Assembly: GCF_963921235.1 (NCBI RefSeq)
Contig: NC_086108.1
Coordinates: 117,492,001 to 117,556,000 of the forward strand
Reading direction: 5' to 3'
Source: Mobula hypostoma
Lineage: Eukaryota
Length of the DNA stretch: 64,000 bases
Below the pieces are notes generated by a model. The model was not told the origin of the DNA. It saw only the letters and a program-made list of their open reading frames with translations, and ran no database searches. This document shows positions 11,601-24,566 of this stretch, piece after piece; position 1 is the first letter of the stretch; every line of letters begins with the position of its first letter. Position numbers and translations under genes: made by a program.

Positions 11601-12756
11601 ACCCATAGCCCTCTATTTTTCTAAGCTCCATGTACCTATCCAAAAGTCTCTTAAAAGACCCTATCGTATCCACCTCCACCACCGTTGTTGGCAGCCCATT
11701 CCACACACTCACCACTCTCTGTGTAAAAAACTTACCCCTGACATCTCCTCTGTACCTACTCCCCTGTACCTACTCCCCAGCACCTTAAACCTGTGTCCTC
11801 TTGTGGCAGCCATTTTAACCTTGGGAAAAAGCCTCTGACTATATACACGATCAGTGCCTCTCATTATCTTATACACCTCTATCAGGTCACCTCTCATCCT
11901 CCGTCGCTCCAAGGAGAAAAGGCCAAGTTCACTCAACCTCTTTTCATAAGGCGTGCTCCCCAATCCAGGCAACATCCTTGTAAATCTCCTCTGCACCTTT
12001 TCTATGGGTTCCACATCCTTCCTGTAGTGAGGCGACCAGAACTGAGCACAGTACTCTAAGTGGGGTCTGACCAGTGTTCTATATAGCTGCAATATTACCT
12101 CTCGGCTCCTAAATTCAATTCCATGATTGATGAAGGGCAATACAGCGTACACCTTCTTAACCACAGAGTCAACCTGCGCAGCTGCTTTGAGCGTCCTGTG
12201 GATTCGGACCCCAAGATCCCTTTGATCCTCCACACTGCCAAGAGTCTTTCCTCTGGTTTCATACACACTTTCCCACTGTCACACTTGATAGGTCCCATTG
12301 TTTCATGTCTTGTCATCTTCCTCTTCACATACTTGTAGAATGCCTTGGGGTTTTCCTAAATCCTGCCTGCCAAGGCCTTCTCATGGCCCCTTCTGGCTCT
12401 CCTAATTTCCTTTTTAAGCTCCTTCCTATTTGCATTATAATCTTCTAGACCTCTAACATTACTTAGCTCTCTGAACCTTTTGTAAGCTTTTCTTTTCTTC
12501 TTGACTGGATTTATTACAGCCTTTGTACACCACAGTTCTTGTACCCTACCATAACTTCCCTCTCTCATTGGAACTTACCTGTGCAGGACTCTACACAAGT
12601 ATCCCCTGAACATTTGCCACACTTCTTCCGTACTTTTCCCTGAGAACATTTGTTCCCAATTTAAGCTTCCAATTTCCTGCCTGATAGCCTCATAATTCCC
12701 CTTACTCCAATTAAATGCTTTTCTAAATTGTTGGTTCCTATCTCTCTTCAATGCTA

Positions 12757-13056
12757 AAAAAAAATGGGCATCCGTTAGTCTTGCGAGACCATGGATCTGT
12801 GTCTGGAAAGTCTTCGCAGGCCTGGGCAAGGTTGTATGGAAGACCAGCAGTTACCCATGCTGCAAGTCTCCCCTCTCCACGACACCAATGTTGTCCAAGG
12901 GCATTAGGACTCATACAGCTTGGCACCACTGTCATCGCAGAGCAATGTGTGATTAAGTGCCTTGCTCAAGGACACAACACATTGCCTCGGCTGGGGCTCG
13001 AACTCATGACCTTCAGGTTGCTAGTCCAATGCCTTAACTACTTGGCCACGTGCCCA
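12757..13056 (-). mobile_element. tRNA-derived SINE with the same head as 11302 but a different body
   Basis: Reverse complement: GGCACGTGGCCAAGTAG..GAGTTCGAGCCC..ttgtgtccttgagcaaggcacttaa; 8-bp TSD caatgcta (12749-56 / 13057-64); ends in a T run on its sense strand. Confidence 0.88.
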
Positions 13057-13669
13057 CAATGCTATTGTAAGGAGATCTGATCACTATCTCCAAAATGCTC
13101 TTCCTCACTAAGAGATCTGACACCTGACCAGGTTTATTTCCCAATGCCAAATCAAGTACAGTCTCTCCTCTTGTAGGTTTATCTACATATTGTGTCAAGA
13201 AACCTTCCTGAACACACCTAACAAACTCCACCCCATCTAAACCCCTTGCTCTTGGGAGATGTCAATCAATATTTGGGAAATTAAAATCTCCCATCATGAC
13301 AACTCTCTGTTATTATTACACCTTTCCAGGATCTGTTTCCCTATCTGCTCCTCATTATCCCTGTTACTATTGGGCGGCCTATAAAAAACACCCAGTAAAG
13401 TTATTGACCCCTTCCTAACCTCCACCCACAGAGACTCCGTAGACAATCCCTCCATGACATCCACCTTTTCTGCAGCCATGACAGTATCTCTGATCAGCAG
13501 TGCCATGCCCCGACCTCTCTTGCCTCCCTCCCTGTCCTTTCTGAAACATCTAAAACTGGGCACTTGAGTCTTTTAAAAGACCCTATCGTATCCACCTCCA
13601 CCCCCATCGCTGGTAGCCCACTCCACGCACTCACCACTCTCTGCGTCAAAAACTTACATAGAACATAGG

Positions 13670-14860
13670 CATATAGATGAGGGTAGTGCAGTGGCTGTGA
13701 TCTATATGGATTTTAGTAAGGCATTTGACAAGGTTCCACACGGTAGGCTTATTCAGAAGGTTAGAAGGCATGGGATCCAGGGAAGTTTGGCCAGGTTGAT
13801 TCAGAATTGGCTTGCCTGCAGAAGGCAGAGGGTGGTGGTGGAGGGAGTACATTCAGATTGGAGGATTGTGACTAGTGGTGTCCCGCAAGGATCTGTTCTG
13901 GGACCTCTACTTTTCGTGATTTTTATTAACGACCTGGATGTGGGGGTAGAAGGGTGGGTTGGCAAGTTTGCAGATGACACAAAGGTTGGTGGTGTTGTAG
14001 ATAGTGTAGAGGATTTTCAAAGATTGCAGAGAGACATCGATAGGATGCAGCAGTGGGCTGAGAAGTGGCAGATGGAGTTCAACCCGGAGAAGTGTGAGGT
14101 GGTACACTTTGGAAGGACAAACTCCAAGGCAGAGTACAAAGTAAATGGAGGATACTTGGTAGTGTGGAGGAGCAGAGGGATCTCGGGGTACATGTCCACA
14201 GATCCCTGAAAGTTGCCTCACAGGTGGATAGGGTAGTTAAGAAAGTTTATGGGGTGTTAGCTTTCATAAGTCGAGGGATAGAGTTTAAGAGTCATGATGT
14301 AATGATGCAGCTCTATAAAACTCTGGTTAGGCCACACTTGGAGTACTGTGTCCAGTTCTAGCCACCTCACTATAGGAAGGATGTGGAAGCATTGGAAAGG
14401 GTACAGAGGAGATTTACCAAGATGCTGCCTAGTTTAGAAAGTATGCATTATGATCAGAGATTAAGGGAGCTAGGGCTTTACTCTTTGGAGAGAAGGAGGA
14501 TGAGAGGAGACATGATAGAGGTGTACAAGATAATAAGAGGAATAGATAGAGTGAACAGCCAGCGCCTCTTCCCCAGGGCACCACTGCTCAATACAAGAAG
14601 ACATGGCTTTAAGGTAAGGGGTGGGAAGTTCAAGGGGGATATTAGAGGAAGGTTTTTTACTCAGAGAGTGGTTGGTGCGTGGAATGCACTGCCTGAGTCA
14701 GTGGTGGAGGCAGATACACTAGTGAGGTTTAGGAGACTACTAGACAGGTATATGGAGGAATCTAAGGTGGGGGCTTATATGGGAGGCAGGGTTTGAGGGT
14801 CGGCACAACATTGTGGGCCGGAGGGCCTGTACTGTGCTGTACTATTCTATGTTCTATGTT
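13670..14860 (+). mobile_element. 5'-truncated young CR1 LINE
   Basis: [31 protein letters not shown] through the tail ctattctatgttctatgtt; one frameshift and one stop. Confidence 0.93.
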
Positions 14861-15270
14861 CTTCACATACTTCACATTCACAGAGACTCAGTAGATAATT
14901 CCTTCATGACTTCCTCGTTTTCTGTGGCTGTGACACTATACTTGATCAACAGTGTCATGCACCCACCTCCTTTGCCTCCCTCCCTATCCTTTCTGAGACA
15001 TCTAAAGCCTTGCACTTGAAATAACCATTCCTGCCCCTGAGCCATCCAAGTCTCTGTAATGGCTTGAACATCATAGCTCCGAGTCCTGATCCACGCTCTA
15101 AGCTCATCCAATTTGTTTATCATGTTCTTGCATTAAAATAGACACATCTCAAACCATCAGTCTAAGTGCATCTCTTCTCTGTCACCTGCCTATCTTCCTT
15201 TTCACACTGTCTCCAAGCTTTCTCTTTTTGTGACCCAACAGCCCCTTCCTCCCTCTCTTCAGTTCAGTTT
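14861..15270 (-). mobile_element. CR1 APE N-terminal fragment
   Basis: NKLDELRAWI..AITETW..RKDREGGKGGG. Confidence 0.8.
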
Positions 15271-15769
15271 CCACTGGAAGTGTTAGTGGTCCAAGAAAGC
15301 TTCTCCACTCCCAAGAACTTAAAGCTGGAGACTTCCTACTGCTTCACGATGTATGGGTAGTGGAGCTTGTTCATACCTTCTTGATTTCCTGAAGTTGATA
15401 ATCATTTCTTTTTTTCTTGATGTTGAATGAATTAAAGGTGGCATCTGAGTACAAATCTTCTTCGGTCGACATCTGGTTAGATCGTGAAACCATGTGTTTC
15501 ACTTCTTTTATGTCTTTTATGTTTTTCATCTTGAATGTGATTCTGAATATGTTGAAGCCTGTGATTTGCAGTTTGGAAATCGTTTGGTTGTTTCAGCACT
15601 CAGGAGTCTCCAAGGGGATTCTGGGAGGCCAAGGCAGGGTGCAGGAATCTCGAGGAGAGACGGCTGCTGGCCGATGCTCGACTAATTTTGCTGATTAAAG
15701 TTTCCATTGTTTGCCGATTAAAGCGACGGTGGAGATTGCAACGCCGGCTGACTTCCTTTGTATTGCTGA

Positions 15770-15950
15770 GGGATTGCTCTGCTGGTGGAGAGAGGATACT
15801 GCTTTTTTACCACTGGTACAATCGCTCTGCTACGGAGAGGGAGACTGCCTTTTTCTCCCTGGTGGGATTGCTCTGCTGGTGGAGAGAGGAGACTGCCTTT
15901 TTGTCACTGGTGAGATCGCTCTACTATGAAGAGGGGAGACTGCCTTTTTA
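15770..15950. repeat. ~42-bp tandem repeat (about 4 copies) in unclassified sequence
   Basis: Recurring (gatt/atc)gctctgct..ggagaga/gggagactgccttttt. Confidence 0.75.
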
Positions 15951-17029
15951 TTGTTGGTGAGCTTTTTATCACTGCCTGTTTATTCCAGACATCCAGTGTT
16001 TCAGTATCCATTGTTGCTTTAATCAGTGAACAATGGGAGCTTTAATTGATGAAATGGAGTCAAACATTCGTTCGCAGCTTTTTCACTACAAAGTTCCCGC
16101 TTGCTGCCTCTGCCTCCCACAATCCCCTCGGAGACTGTAGAGTGCTGAAACACCTAAACGAACTCCAAGTTGCAAATCACAGGCTAGAATCACATTCAAG
16201 ACATAAAAACAAATGTAGCAGACATAAAAGAAGTGAAATATATGATTTCATAATCTATCCTGAAGATGTGGACCAAAGCAGCATTGTACGCAGTCAGCAT
16301 ATTGATCGGAAGTGATTGGTGGTTGAGTCTTTTGTCTGTTCAGTCTCTACAGCACAGCGGAGGTCGCTCTCATGTAGAGCAGCACCTTCTTGAACAGGTT
16401 TCCTCCATGGGGTATATCTACTGAATGCAACAGATTGACATTGAATTTCTTCAGGCTGATATTGATTCCATCTTTGAAACGTGTCCTTTGCTCACCAGAG
16501 TAGCAGAGATGATGATTATAATATGGGACATAACCAGTCTCTCCTGGTGGCTATTGGAGTGAGTGCAGCCAGTCCGTAGTTGTTGAGACATGTTAGCACA
16601 GCCTACTTTGGGATTGGTATGATGGCTGATGTTTTGAAGTGTGAGCCAAAGGAGCAGAATTAGGCCATTTGGCCTATCGGTTCTGCTCCACCATTCAATC
16701 ACTGCTGATCCTTTTTTTCCCCTCCTCAGCCCAACTCCCTGGCCTTCTCCCTGTGATCTTTGACGCTGTGTCCAATCAATCTCTGCCTCTCAAAACAACC
16801 TCTCCCTCAATGTCGTGAAAACAAAGGAGCTGGTTGTGGATTACAGGAGGAATGGAGACAGGCTAACCCCTATTGACATCCCCTGTTGGATCTGGAGTTG
16901 AGAGGGAAAACAGCTTTAAGTTCCTCAGCATCCACATCACTGAGGATCTCACGTAGTCTATACACACCAGCTGTGCGGTGAAAAAGGCACAACAGACGGT
17001 TGAGGAAGTTTGGTATGGGAACTGTACTT

Positions 17030-19134
17030 CCCTTAATCGCAGGAATCTGCGATGAGGAGTGGGAGAGCATTCCTGCCCCAGGGGTGAAGGCCATGTGTCA
17101 GTTTGCCATCACCGTGAAGACAGAGGAGTAGGAGGGGCCGGATTGAGTGGTGGATCGATTGGGAGCTTCTGATGACGCCATCCCCCAAGTTTACTGTAAT
17201 GTGACTGTTCTGAAGACAAATTAGCTGCAGTAATTTAGTTCTGGGGATGTGGCAGCTGCTCAGTGAAATGACCCGGGCATCAGTACCATTTGGTCAGCAG
17301 TTGAAAAGGGAGACATGGCTCAGGCAGAGAAGGCGAAACACGCACCGGTGCCTCCATTACTGAGAGAATGGCCTTGTTGAAGTTGCGGACCCAGATTTAA
17401 TACTGGGTCACGTCACCCCCGGACCAACCTCGGCGTTGCCAGCTGGTTCTGCGAGAGATGTATTGGAGGATTGTGTTAAAGCCACTTCAGGATGACTCGG
17501 GATATTTAGGGGTTGAAAAGACCGATGGATTGCTCAGAGACCGGTTTTACTGGCCCCGGATGAAGTCAGAAGTTGAAGGATACTGCAAGTTGTGCATTCA
17601 ATGCATACGGAGGAAGACGCTGCCTACACAGGCAGCTCCCTTGTTCTACTTGCAGAATGCGGGCCCCTGGACCTGGTGTGTATGAATTTCCTGTCAATAG
17701 AGCCAGATGCCGGAAACTCAGTGACTATCTTAGTCATCACAGACCACTACACCAGATGTGCACAGGTTTTTCCTACCAAGGACCAGAGAGTGACTATGGT
17801 GGCCAAAGTGTTATGGGAGAAGTATTTCATTTATTATGGTTCCCCAGGCGGATATATAGTGACCAGGGCTGGGACTTCGAGAGCAGACTTGTCCATGAGT
17901 TACTGGGCATGCTTGGAGTTGAGAAGTCGAGGATCACGCCCTATCACCCGCAGGGCGATCCCCAGCCCTTGCTAGATATGATCGGGACCCTAGAGATCAG
18001 CAGGAAGAGCAGGTGGAGTCAACATGTTGGACATCTGGTTCACAGTTACAACTGTACTCGAAATGAAGCTACTGAGTACTCGCCATATTATCTGATGTTT
18101 GGGCATGAGACCTCTGTTTTGGGACAGACGAGGGTGATTTACCACTGAACCTGATCTGAAGTATATGTCTGACATGAGAAGAAAGCTGAAAAGGACTTAT
18201 GAATTAGCTGGGGCCACGGCTGCCAAGCAGAATCAAGGAAATAAGAGGAGGTACGATCAAAAGGTGGAGTTAAGGGCTTTCTTCTTCTTTCTTCATGATC
18301 AAAAGGTGAGGTTCTCCCAACTCTTCCGGGAGACTGTAAGGAATTTGGGGCTACCTGGGAAACACAAATTGGCGGACCGCTGGATGGCTAAGCCCTATGT
18401 GATGGAGAGTCAATTGCCAAACCTACCAGTTTTCCGGGTGAAACCAAAGGATGGGAATAGGTCTGTCAAGATTCTATATCAGAACCACCTGCTGCCCCTG
18501 GGGCAAGAGGTGCAGGTAGACCCAGAGCCCGACTTGGAGCCTGCATCTAGTAAGAGGACTCTGCAGAAACGCGGGGCGACTGCAGAGCCCACAGCAGGCG
18601 AGGTTAGACTGGGCCCCGCCCCTGAGAGGAATACTGATTTCGAGGATGAGGACCTGGATGTGTTGTAAATGCTGCCTTTTGCTAACTCCCCATTGATTGA
18701 GGAAGAGACTCCCAGCCCTTCTCCCGCTGAGTCAGGTGAAGTAGTGGTGGGGGGGAGGTGCTATCTGTGGGCAGCCTGGGTTGCAACGGGACCCTGCAGG
18801 GGATGAAGCGGGGCTTGGCCACAGGACTGAAGGGTCAGAGTTGCAGGTGGGCACGAGTGATAGGTCGGGGGAGGCCTCGCCAGGTAAACCAGAAGTATCC
18901 CCAGTAGTGTTCGAACCTGAAGGGTTATGTGAGGGGGTACAGAAGTCTCAGAGAATTAGGAGACCACCGGATAGCCTGGCCTACATAGCACCAGGGGAAC
19001 AGAGTGTGACTCCTACCGTTTGAGGAGCTAATTCACTGCCTTTTGCACCTGGATTGGACTGTGTTTTTTTGCGGGAAGGGTTGGTGAATTATTTCAATGT
19101 CATGAGGACACGACTAAATTTGGTGGGGGGAGGG
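17030..19134 (+). mobile_element. Gypsy LTR retrotransposon internal 3' part (degenerate integrase)
   Basis: H2C2-like GYLGVEKT..RFYWPRM..CKLCIQC; core LVITDHYTR, RIYSDQG..FES, ITPYHPQG; polypurine tract ggtggggggaggg directly before TGTAAC. Confidence 0.88.
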
Positions 19135-22100
19135 TGTAACACGCTGTAAGGTTTCACTGCTAATGTAATGATTTCTCTGTAATATTTCACTGCTAAGGTA
19201 ATGGTTTTTCTGTAGCAGCAATGTTTGGGTTATGACTAGAGATAACGGGGCCTTTGGCATGTATGTTAGCCAATGAGAGGCATGTTGTTCCTTCTTGTGG
19301 GTCTGGGAGCAGGGATTTTGGGGTCTTTTGTCGGCGAGAGATGAAGAGAGAAGACGTGAGTGGAGAGAGTTGGTAGACAAACATACGGAGTGGACTAGGA
19401 GTGAGGGTACAAAGGTCTGCGGCGATCGGAGGAGGTTGATGGGAAATGACTGGACGAAATCTGTGAGCTCCATATGTGCATTAGACTGTTTCATTAAAAA
19501 GGGCCCTTTCTCTTTTTATTTTCTTTACTAACCCTATAGTCTGATTAAACATAGAAACATAGAAAATAGGTGCAGGAGTAGGCCGTTCGGCCCTTTGAGC
19601 CTGCACCGCCATTTATTATGATCATGGCTGATCGTCCAACTCAGAACCCCGCCCCAGCCTTCCCTCCATACCCCTTGACCCCCGTAGCCACAAGGGCCAT
19701 ATCTAACTCCCTCTTAAATATAGCCAATGAACTGGCCTCAACTGTTTCCTGTGGCAGAGAATTTCACAGATTCACCACTCTCTGTGTGAAGAAGTTTTTC
19801 CTAATCTCGGTCCTAAAAGGCTTCCCCTCTATCCTCAAACTGTGGCCCCTCGTTCTGGACTTCCCCAACATCGGGAACAATCTTCCTGCATCTAGCCTGT
19901 CCAATCCCTTTAGGATCTTATATGTTTCAATCAGATCCCCCCTCAATCTTCTAAATTCCAACGAGTACAAGCCCAGTTCATCCAGTCTTTCTTCATATGA
20001 AAGTCCTGCCATCCCAGGAATCAATCTGGTGAACCTTCTTTGTACTCCCTCTATGGCAAGGATGTCTTTCCTCAGATTAGGGGACCAAAACTGCACACAA
20101 TACTCCAGGTGTGGTCTCACCAAGGCCTTGTATAACTGCAGTAGTACCTCCCTGCTCCTGTACTCGAATCCTCTCGCTATAAATGCCAGCATACCATTCG
20201 CCTTTTTCACCGCCTGCTGTACCTGCATGCCCACTTTCAATGACTGGTGTATAATGACACCCAGGTCTCGTTGCACCTCCCCTTTTCCTAATCGGCCACC
20301 ATTCAGATAATAATCTGTTTTCCTATTTTTGCCACCAAAGTGGATAACTTCACATTTATCCACATTAAATTGCATCTTCCATGAGTTTGCCCACTCACCC
20401 AACCTATCCAAGTCACCCTGCATCCTCTTAGCATCCTCCTCACTGCTAACACTGCCACCCAGCTTCGTGTCATCCGCAAACTTGGAGATGCTGCATTTAA
20501 TTCCCTCATCCAAGTCATTAATATATATTGTAAACAACTGAGTTCCCAGCACTGAGCCTTGCGGTACCCCACTAGTCACCGCCTGCCATTCTGAAAAGGT
20601 CCCGTTTATTCCCACTCTTTGCTTCCTGTCTGCTAACCAATTCTCCACCCACACCAATACCTTACCCCCAATACCGTGTGCTTTAAGTTTGCACACTAAT
20701 CTCCTGTGTGGGACCTTGTCAAAAGCTTTTTGAAAATCCAAATATACTACATCCACTGGTTCTCCCCTATCCACTCCACTAGTTACATCCTCAAAAAATT
20801 CTATGAGATTCGTCAGACATGATTTTCCTTTCACAAATCCATGCTGACTTTGTCCGATCATTTCACTGCTTTCCAAATGTGCTGTTATCATATCCTTGAT
20901 AACTGACTCCAGCAGTTTCCCCACCACCGACGTTAGGCTAACAGGTCTATAATTCCCTGGTTTCTCTCTCCCTCTTTTTTTAAAAAGTGGAGTTACATTA
21001 GCCACCCTCCAATCCTCAGGAACTAGTCCAGAATCTAACGAGTTTTGAAAAATTATCACTAATGCATCCACTATTTCTTGGGCTACTTCCTTAAGCACTC
21101 TAGGATGCAGACCATCTGGCCCTGGGGATTTATCTGCCTTCAATCCCTTCAATTTACCTAACACCACTTCCCTACTAACATGTATTTTGCTCAGTTCCTC
21201 CATCTCACTGGACCCTCTGTCCCCTACTATTTCTGGAAGATTATTTATGTCCTTAGTGAAGGCAGAACCAAAGTAATTATTCAATTGGTCTGCCATGTCC
21301 TTGCTCCCCATAATCAATTCACCTGTTTCTGTCTGCAGGGGACCTACATTTGTCTTTACCAGTCTTTTCCTTTTTACATATCTATAAAAGCTTTTACAGT
21401 CCGTTTTTATGTTCCCTGCCAGTTTTCTCTCATAATCTTTTTTCCCCTTCCTAATTAAGCCCTTTGTCCTCCTCTGCTGAACTCTGAATTTCTCCCAGTC
21501 CTCAGGTGAGCCACTTTCTCTGGCTAATTTGTATGCTTCTTCTTTGGAATTGATACTATCCCTAATTTCTCTTGTCAGCCACGGGTGCACTACCTTCCTT
21601 GATTTATTCTTTTGCCAAACTGGGATGAACAATTGTTGTAGTTCATCCATGCAACCTTTAAATGCTTGCCATTGCATATCCACCGTCAATCCTTTAAGTG
21701 TCATTTGCCAGTCTATCTTAGCTAATTCACGTCTCATACCTTCAAAGTTACCCCTCTTTAAGTTCAGAACCTTTGTTTCTGAATTAACTATGTCACTCTC
21801 TATCTTAATGAAGAATTCCACCATATTATGGTCACTCTTACCCAAGGGGTCTCTCACGACAAGATCGCTAATTAACCCTTCCTCATTGCTCAAAACCCAG
21901 TCCAGAATAGCCTGCTCTCTAGTTGGTTCCTCGACGTGTTGGTTCAAAAAACCATCCCGCATACATTCCAAGAAATCCTCTTCCTCAGCACCTTTACCAA
22001 TTTGGTTCACCCAATCTACATGTAGATTGAAGTCACCCATTATAACTGCTGTTCCTTTATTGCACACATTTCTAATTTCCTGTTTAATACCATCTCCGAC

Positions 22101-22607
22101 CTCACTACTACTGTTAGGTGGCCTGTACACAACTTCCACCAGCGTCTTCTGCCCCTTAGTGTTACGCAGCTCTACCCATATCGATTCCACATCTTCCCGG
22201 CTTATGTCCTTCCTTTCTATTGCGTTAATCTCTTCTTTAACCAGCAACGCCACCCCACCTCCCCTTCCTTCGTGTCTATCCCTCCTGAATATTGAATATC
22301 CCTGAACGTTGAGCTCCCATCCCTGGTCACCCTGGAGCCATGTCTCTGTGATCCCAACTATATCATAATCATTAATAACAATCTGCACTTTCAATTCATC
22401 CACCTTATTACGAATGCTCCTTGCATTAACATTTATAAAGTTCAATTGTTGAATTGCATATGGTGTACTGTCTGATATTTTGTGGTGTGGATTTGTAACT
22501 GGGCAACACATCATGCAGCGTCCACACAAAAGTGATTTCTCAGTTTGGCTGGGCTGGAGGCTGTCTTCCCCTAGACAAACGTATGCTGGCTGAGCCTCAG
22601 GGTTACA
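19135..22607 (+). mobile_element. Gypsy 3' LTR (19135-~19548 and ~22426-22607) split by a CR1 insertion
   Basis: Starts TGTAAC after the PPT and ends GTTACA at 22607; both halves align colinearly with the solo LTR at 56689-57244. Confidence 0.85.
19549..22425 (-). mobile_element. Young CR1 LINE with near-intact ORF2 (APE + RT)
   Basis: Open from NARSIRNK through ITETW, MGDFN, SDH, YLDFQKAFDKVPH and KFADDTK to QRVVNL*. One TGG>TGA change about 30 codons before the normal end (compare 38748-39131). Tail acatagaaacatagaaaatagg. Confidence 0.95.
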
Positions 22608-24250
22608 ATAGGTTTCTATGAAATCCTCTCGCATTCTTCTAAATTCCAGTGAGTACAGGCCCAAAGCTGCCAAATGCTCCTGATATGTTAACCCCTTCAT
22701 TCCTGGAATCATCCTCATGAACCTCCTCTGGACCCTCTCCAATGACAACACATCCTTTCTGAGATATGGGGCCAAATCTGTTGACAATATTACAAGTGTG
22801 GCCTGACTGGTGTCTTATGAAGGCTCAGCATTATCTTATTGATTTTTATATTCAATTCTCCTTAAAATAAATGCCAACATTGCATATGCCTTCTTTACCA
22901 CAGACTTAACCTGTAAATTAACCTTCTGGGAGTATTGCACGAGGACTCCCAACTTCCTTTGCACTTCTGATGTTTGAACCTTCTCCCCATTTAGATAAAG
23001 GTCTGCTACTTTTTTGCCCATTCTTCCAATTTGTCTTAAGCCCAGCTGTAATCACATTGCTTCCTCAACACTGCCTACCCCTCCACCTATCTTCTTATCA
23101 TCTGCAAACCCTGCTACAAAGCCATCAATTCCATTATCTGAATCCTTGACAGACAATGTGAAAAGCAGTGGTCCCAATACTGATCCCTGAGGAACATCAC
23201 TAGTCACAGGCAGCCAAGCAGACAAGGCATCCTTTATTCACTGGCTGCCTCTCGCCTGTCAGCTGTTCCTCTATCCATGCTCTGTTCATCTTTCCTGTAA
23301 TGCCATGGGATTTTATCTTGTTACGTAGCTTCCTAAGACCATAAGACATAGGAGCAGAATTAGGCCATCTGGCCCACCATTCAATCATGGCTGATTCTTT
23401 TTTTTTAATCTCCTCCTCAACCCCAGTTAGACATAGAATAGTACAGCACAGTACAGGCCCCTCGGCCCACATTGTTATGCCGACCCTCAAACCTGCCTCC
23501 CATATAACCCCCCCCACCACCTTAAGTTCCTCTATATACCTGTCTAGTAGTCTCTTAAACTCCACTAGTGTATCTGCCTCCACCACTGACTCAGGCAGTG
23601 CATTCCACGCACCAACCACTCTCTGAGTAAAAAACCTTCCTCTAATATCCCCCTTGAACCTCCTACCCCTTACCTTAAAGCCATGTTCCCTTGTATTGAG
23701 CAATGGTGCCCTGGGGAAGAGGCGCTGGCTATCCACTCTATCTATTCCTCCTTATATCTTGTTCCCAGCCTTCTCTCCGTAACATTTGATACCATGTCCA
23801 ATCAAGAACCTATCAATCTCTGCCTCAAATACACCCAATGACCTGGCCTCTACAACTGCACGTAGCAACAGATCCACAAATTCACCACCCTTCGGCTAAA
23901 GAAACATCTCCGCATCTCTGTTTTGAGAGCGCACACTTCCATCCTGAGGCTGTGCCCTCTTATCATAGATTCTCTCACTATGGGAAACATCCTTTCCACA
24001 TCTACTTTGTCTAGGCCTTTCTACATTCGAAAGGTTTCAATGAGATCCCCCCTTATCCTTCAGCGAGTACAGACCCAGAGCCATCGAATGTTCCTTGTAT
24101 GATAACCCTTTCATTCATGGAATCATCCTTGTGAACCTACTCTGGATCCTCTCCAATGCCAGCAGATCTCTTCTAAAATGGGGAGCCCAAAACTGTACAC
24201 AATACTCAAGGTGAGGCCTCACCAGTGCCTTATAAAGCCTCAGCATCACA
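22608..24250 (-). mobile_element. Nested CR1 fragments, including a young 3' end at ~23431-23752
   Basis: Several CR1 RT/C-terminal segments; 23431-23752 is the reverse complement of the 1-383 subfamily. Confidence 0.82.
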
Positions 24251-24269
24251 TTGATGTATGGCACCTTAT

Positions 24270-24480
24270 ATTCCGGTTTCCTCCCACATTCCAATCTGTG
24301 CGGGTTGGTTGAGAATTGTCACTGTAAATCACTCTCAGTGACTGGTTTTCCATGTGTGCTCCGGTTTCCTCCCTCATTCCAATCTGTGTGAGTCAGTGGT
24401 GATTTGTTGTGGTCACTCCCAGTTTCTCGATGAGTAGTTGAATCTAGGGAGAGTTAATAGGAAGGAGGAAAAATAAAATG
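24270..24480 (+). mobile_element. V-SINE-like fragments
   Basis: V-domain motif ccggtttcctccc(a/t)cattcc occurs twice. Confidence 0.65.
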
Positions 24481-24566
24481 TAAGTGATGGGCCAAATGGC
24501 CTGTATCTACATCTTGTGACGTGTAACATTAAAGCTGTACTGAAAAAGTTTTTTGTAATGAAAAGG

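Larger units (their letters stand above)
11193..13565 (-). mobile_element. CR1 LINE, internally deleted, host of two SINEs
   Basis: APE motifs (GVFYRPPNS, PTRGETVLDL), RT C-terminus LVRPHLEYCAQFWSP, tail acatagaaacatagaaa. Confidence 0.88.

Noticed and set aside
19618..22305. Long + strand ORFs (19618-20310, 21529-22305) and similar ones elsewhere
   Set aside because: Antisense shadows of CR1 ORF2.
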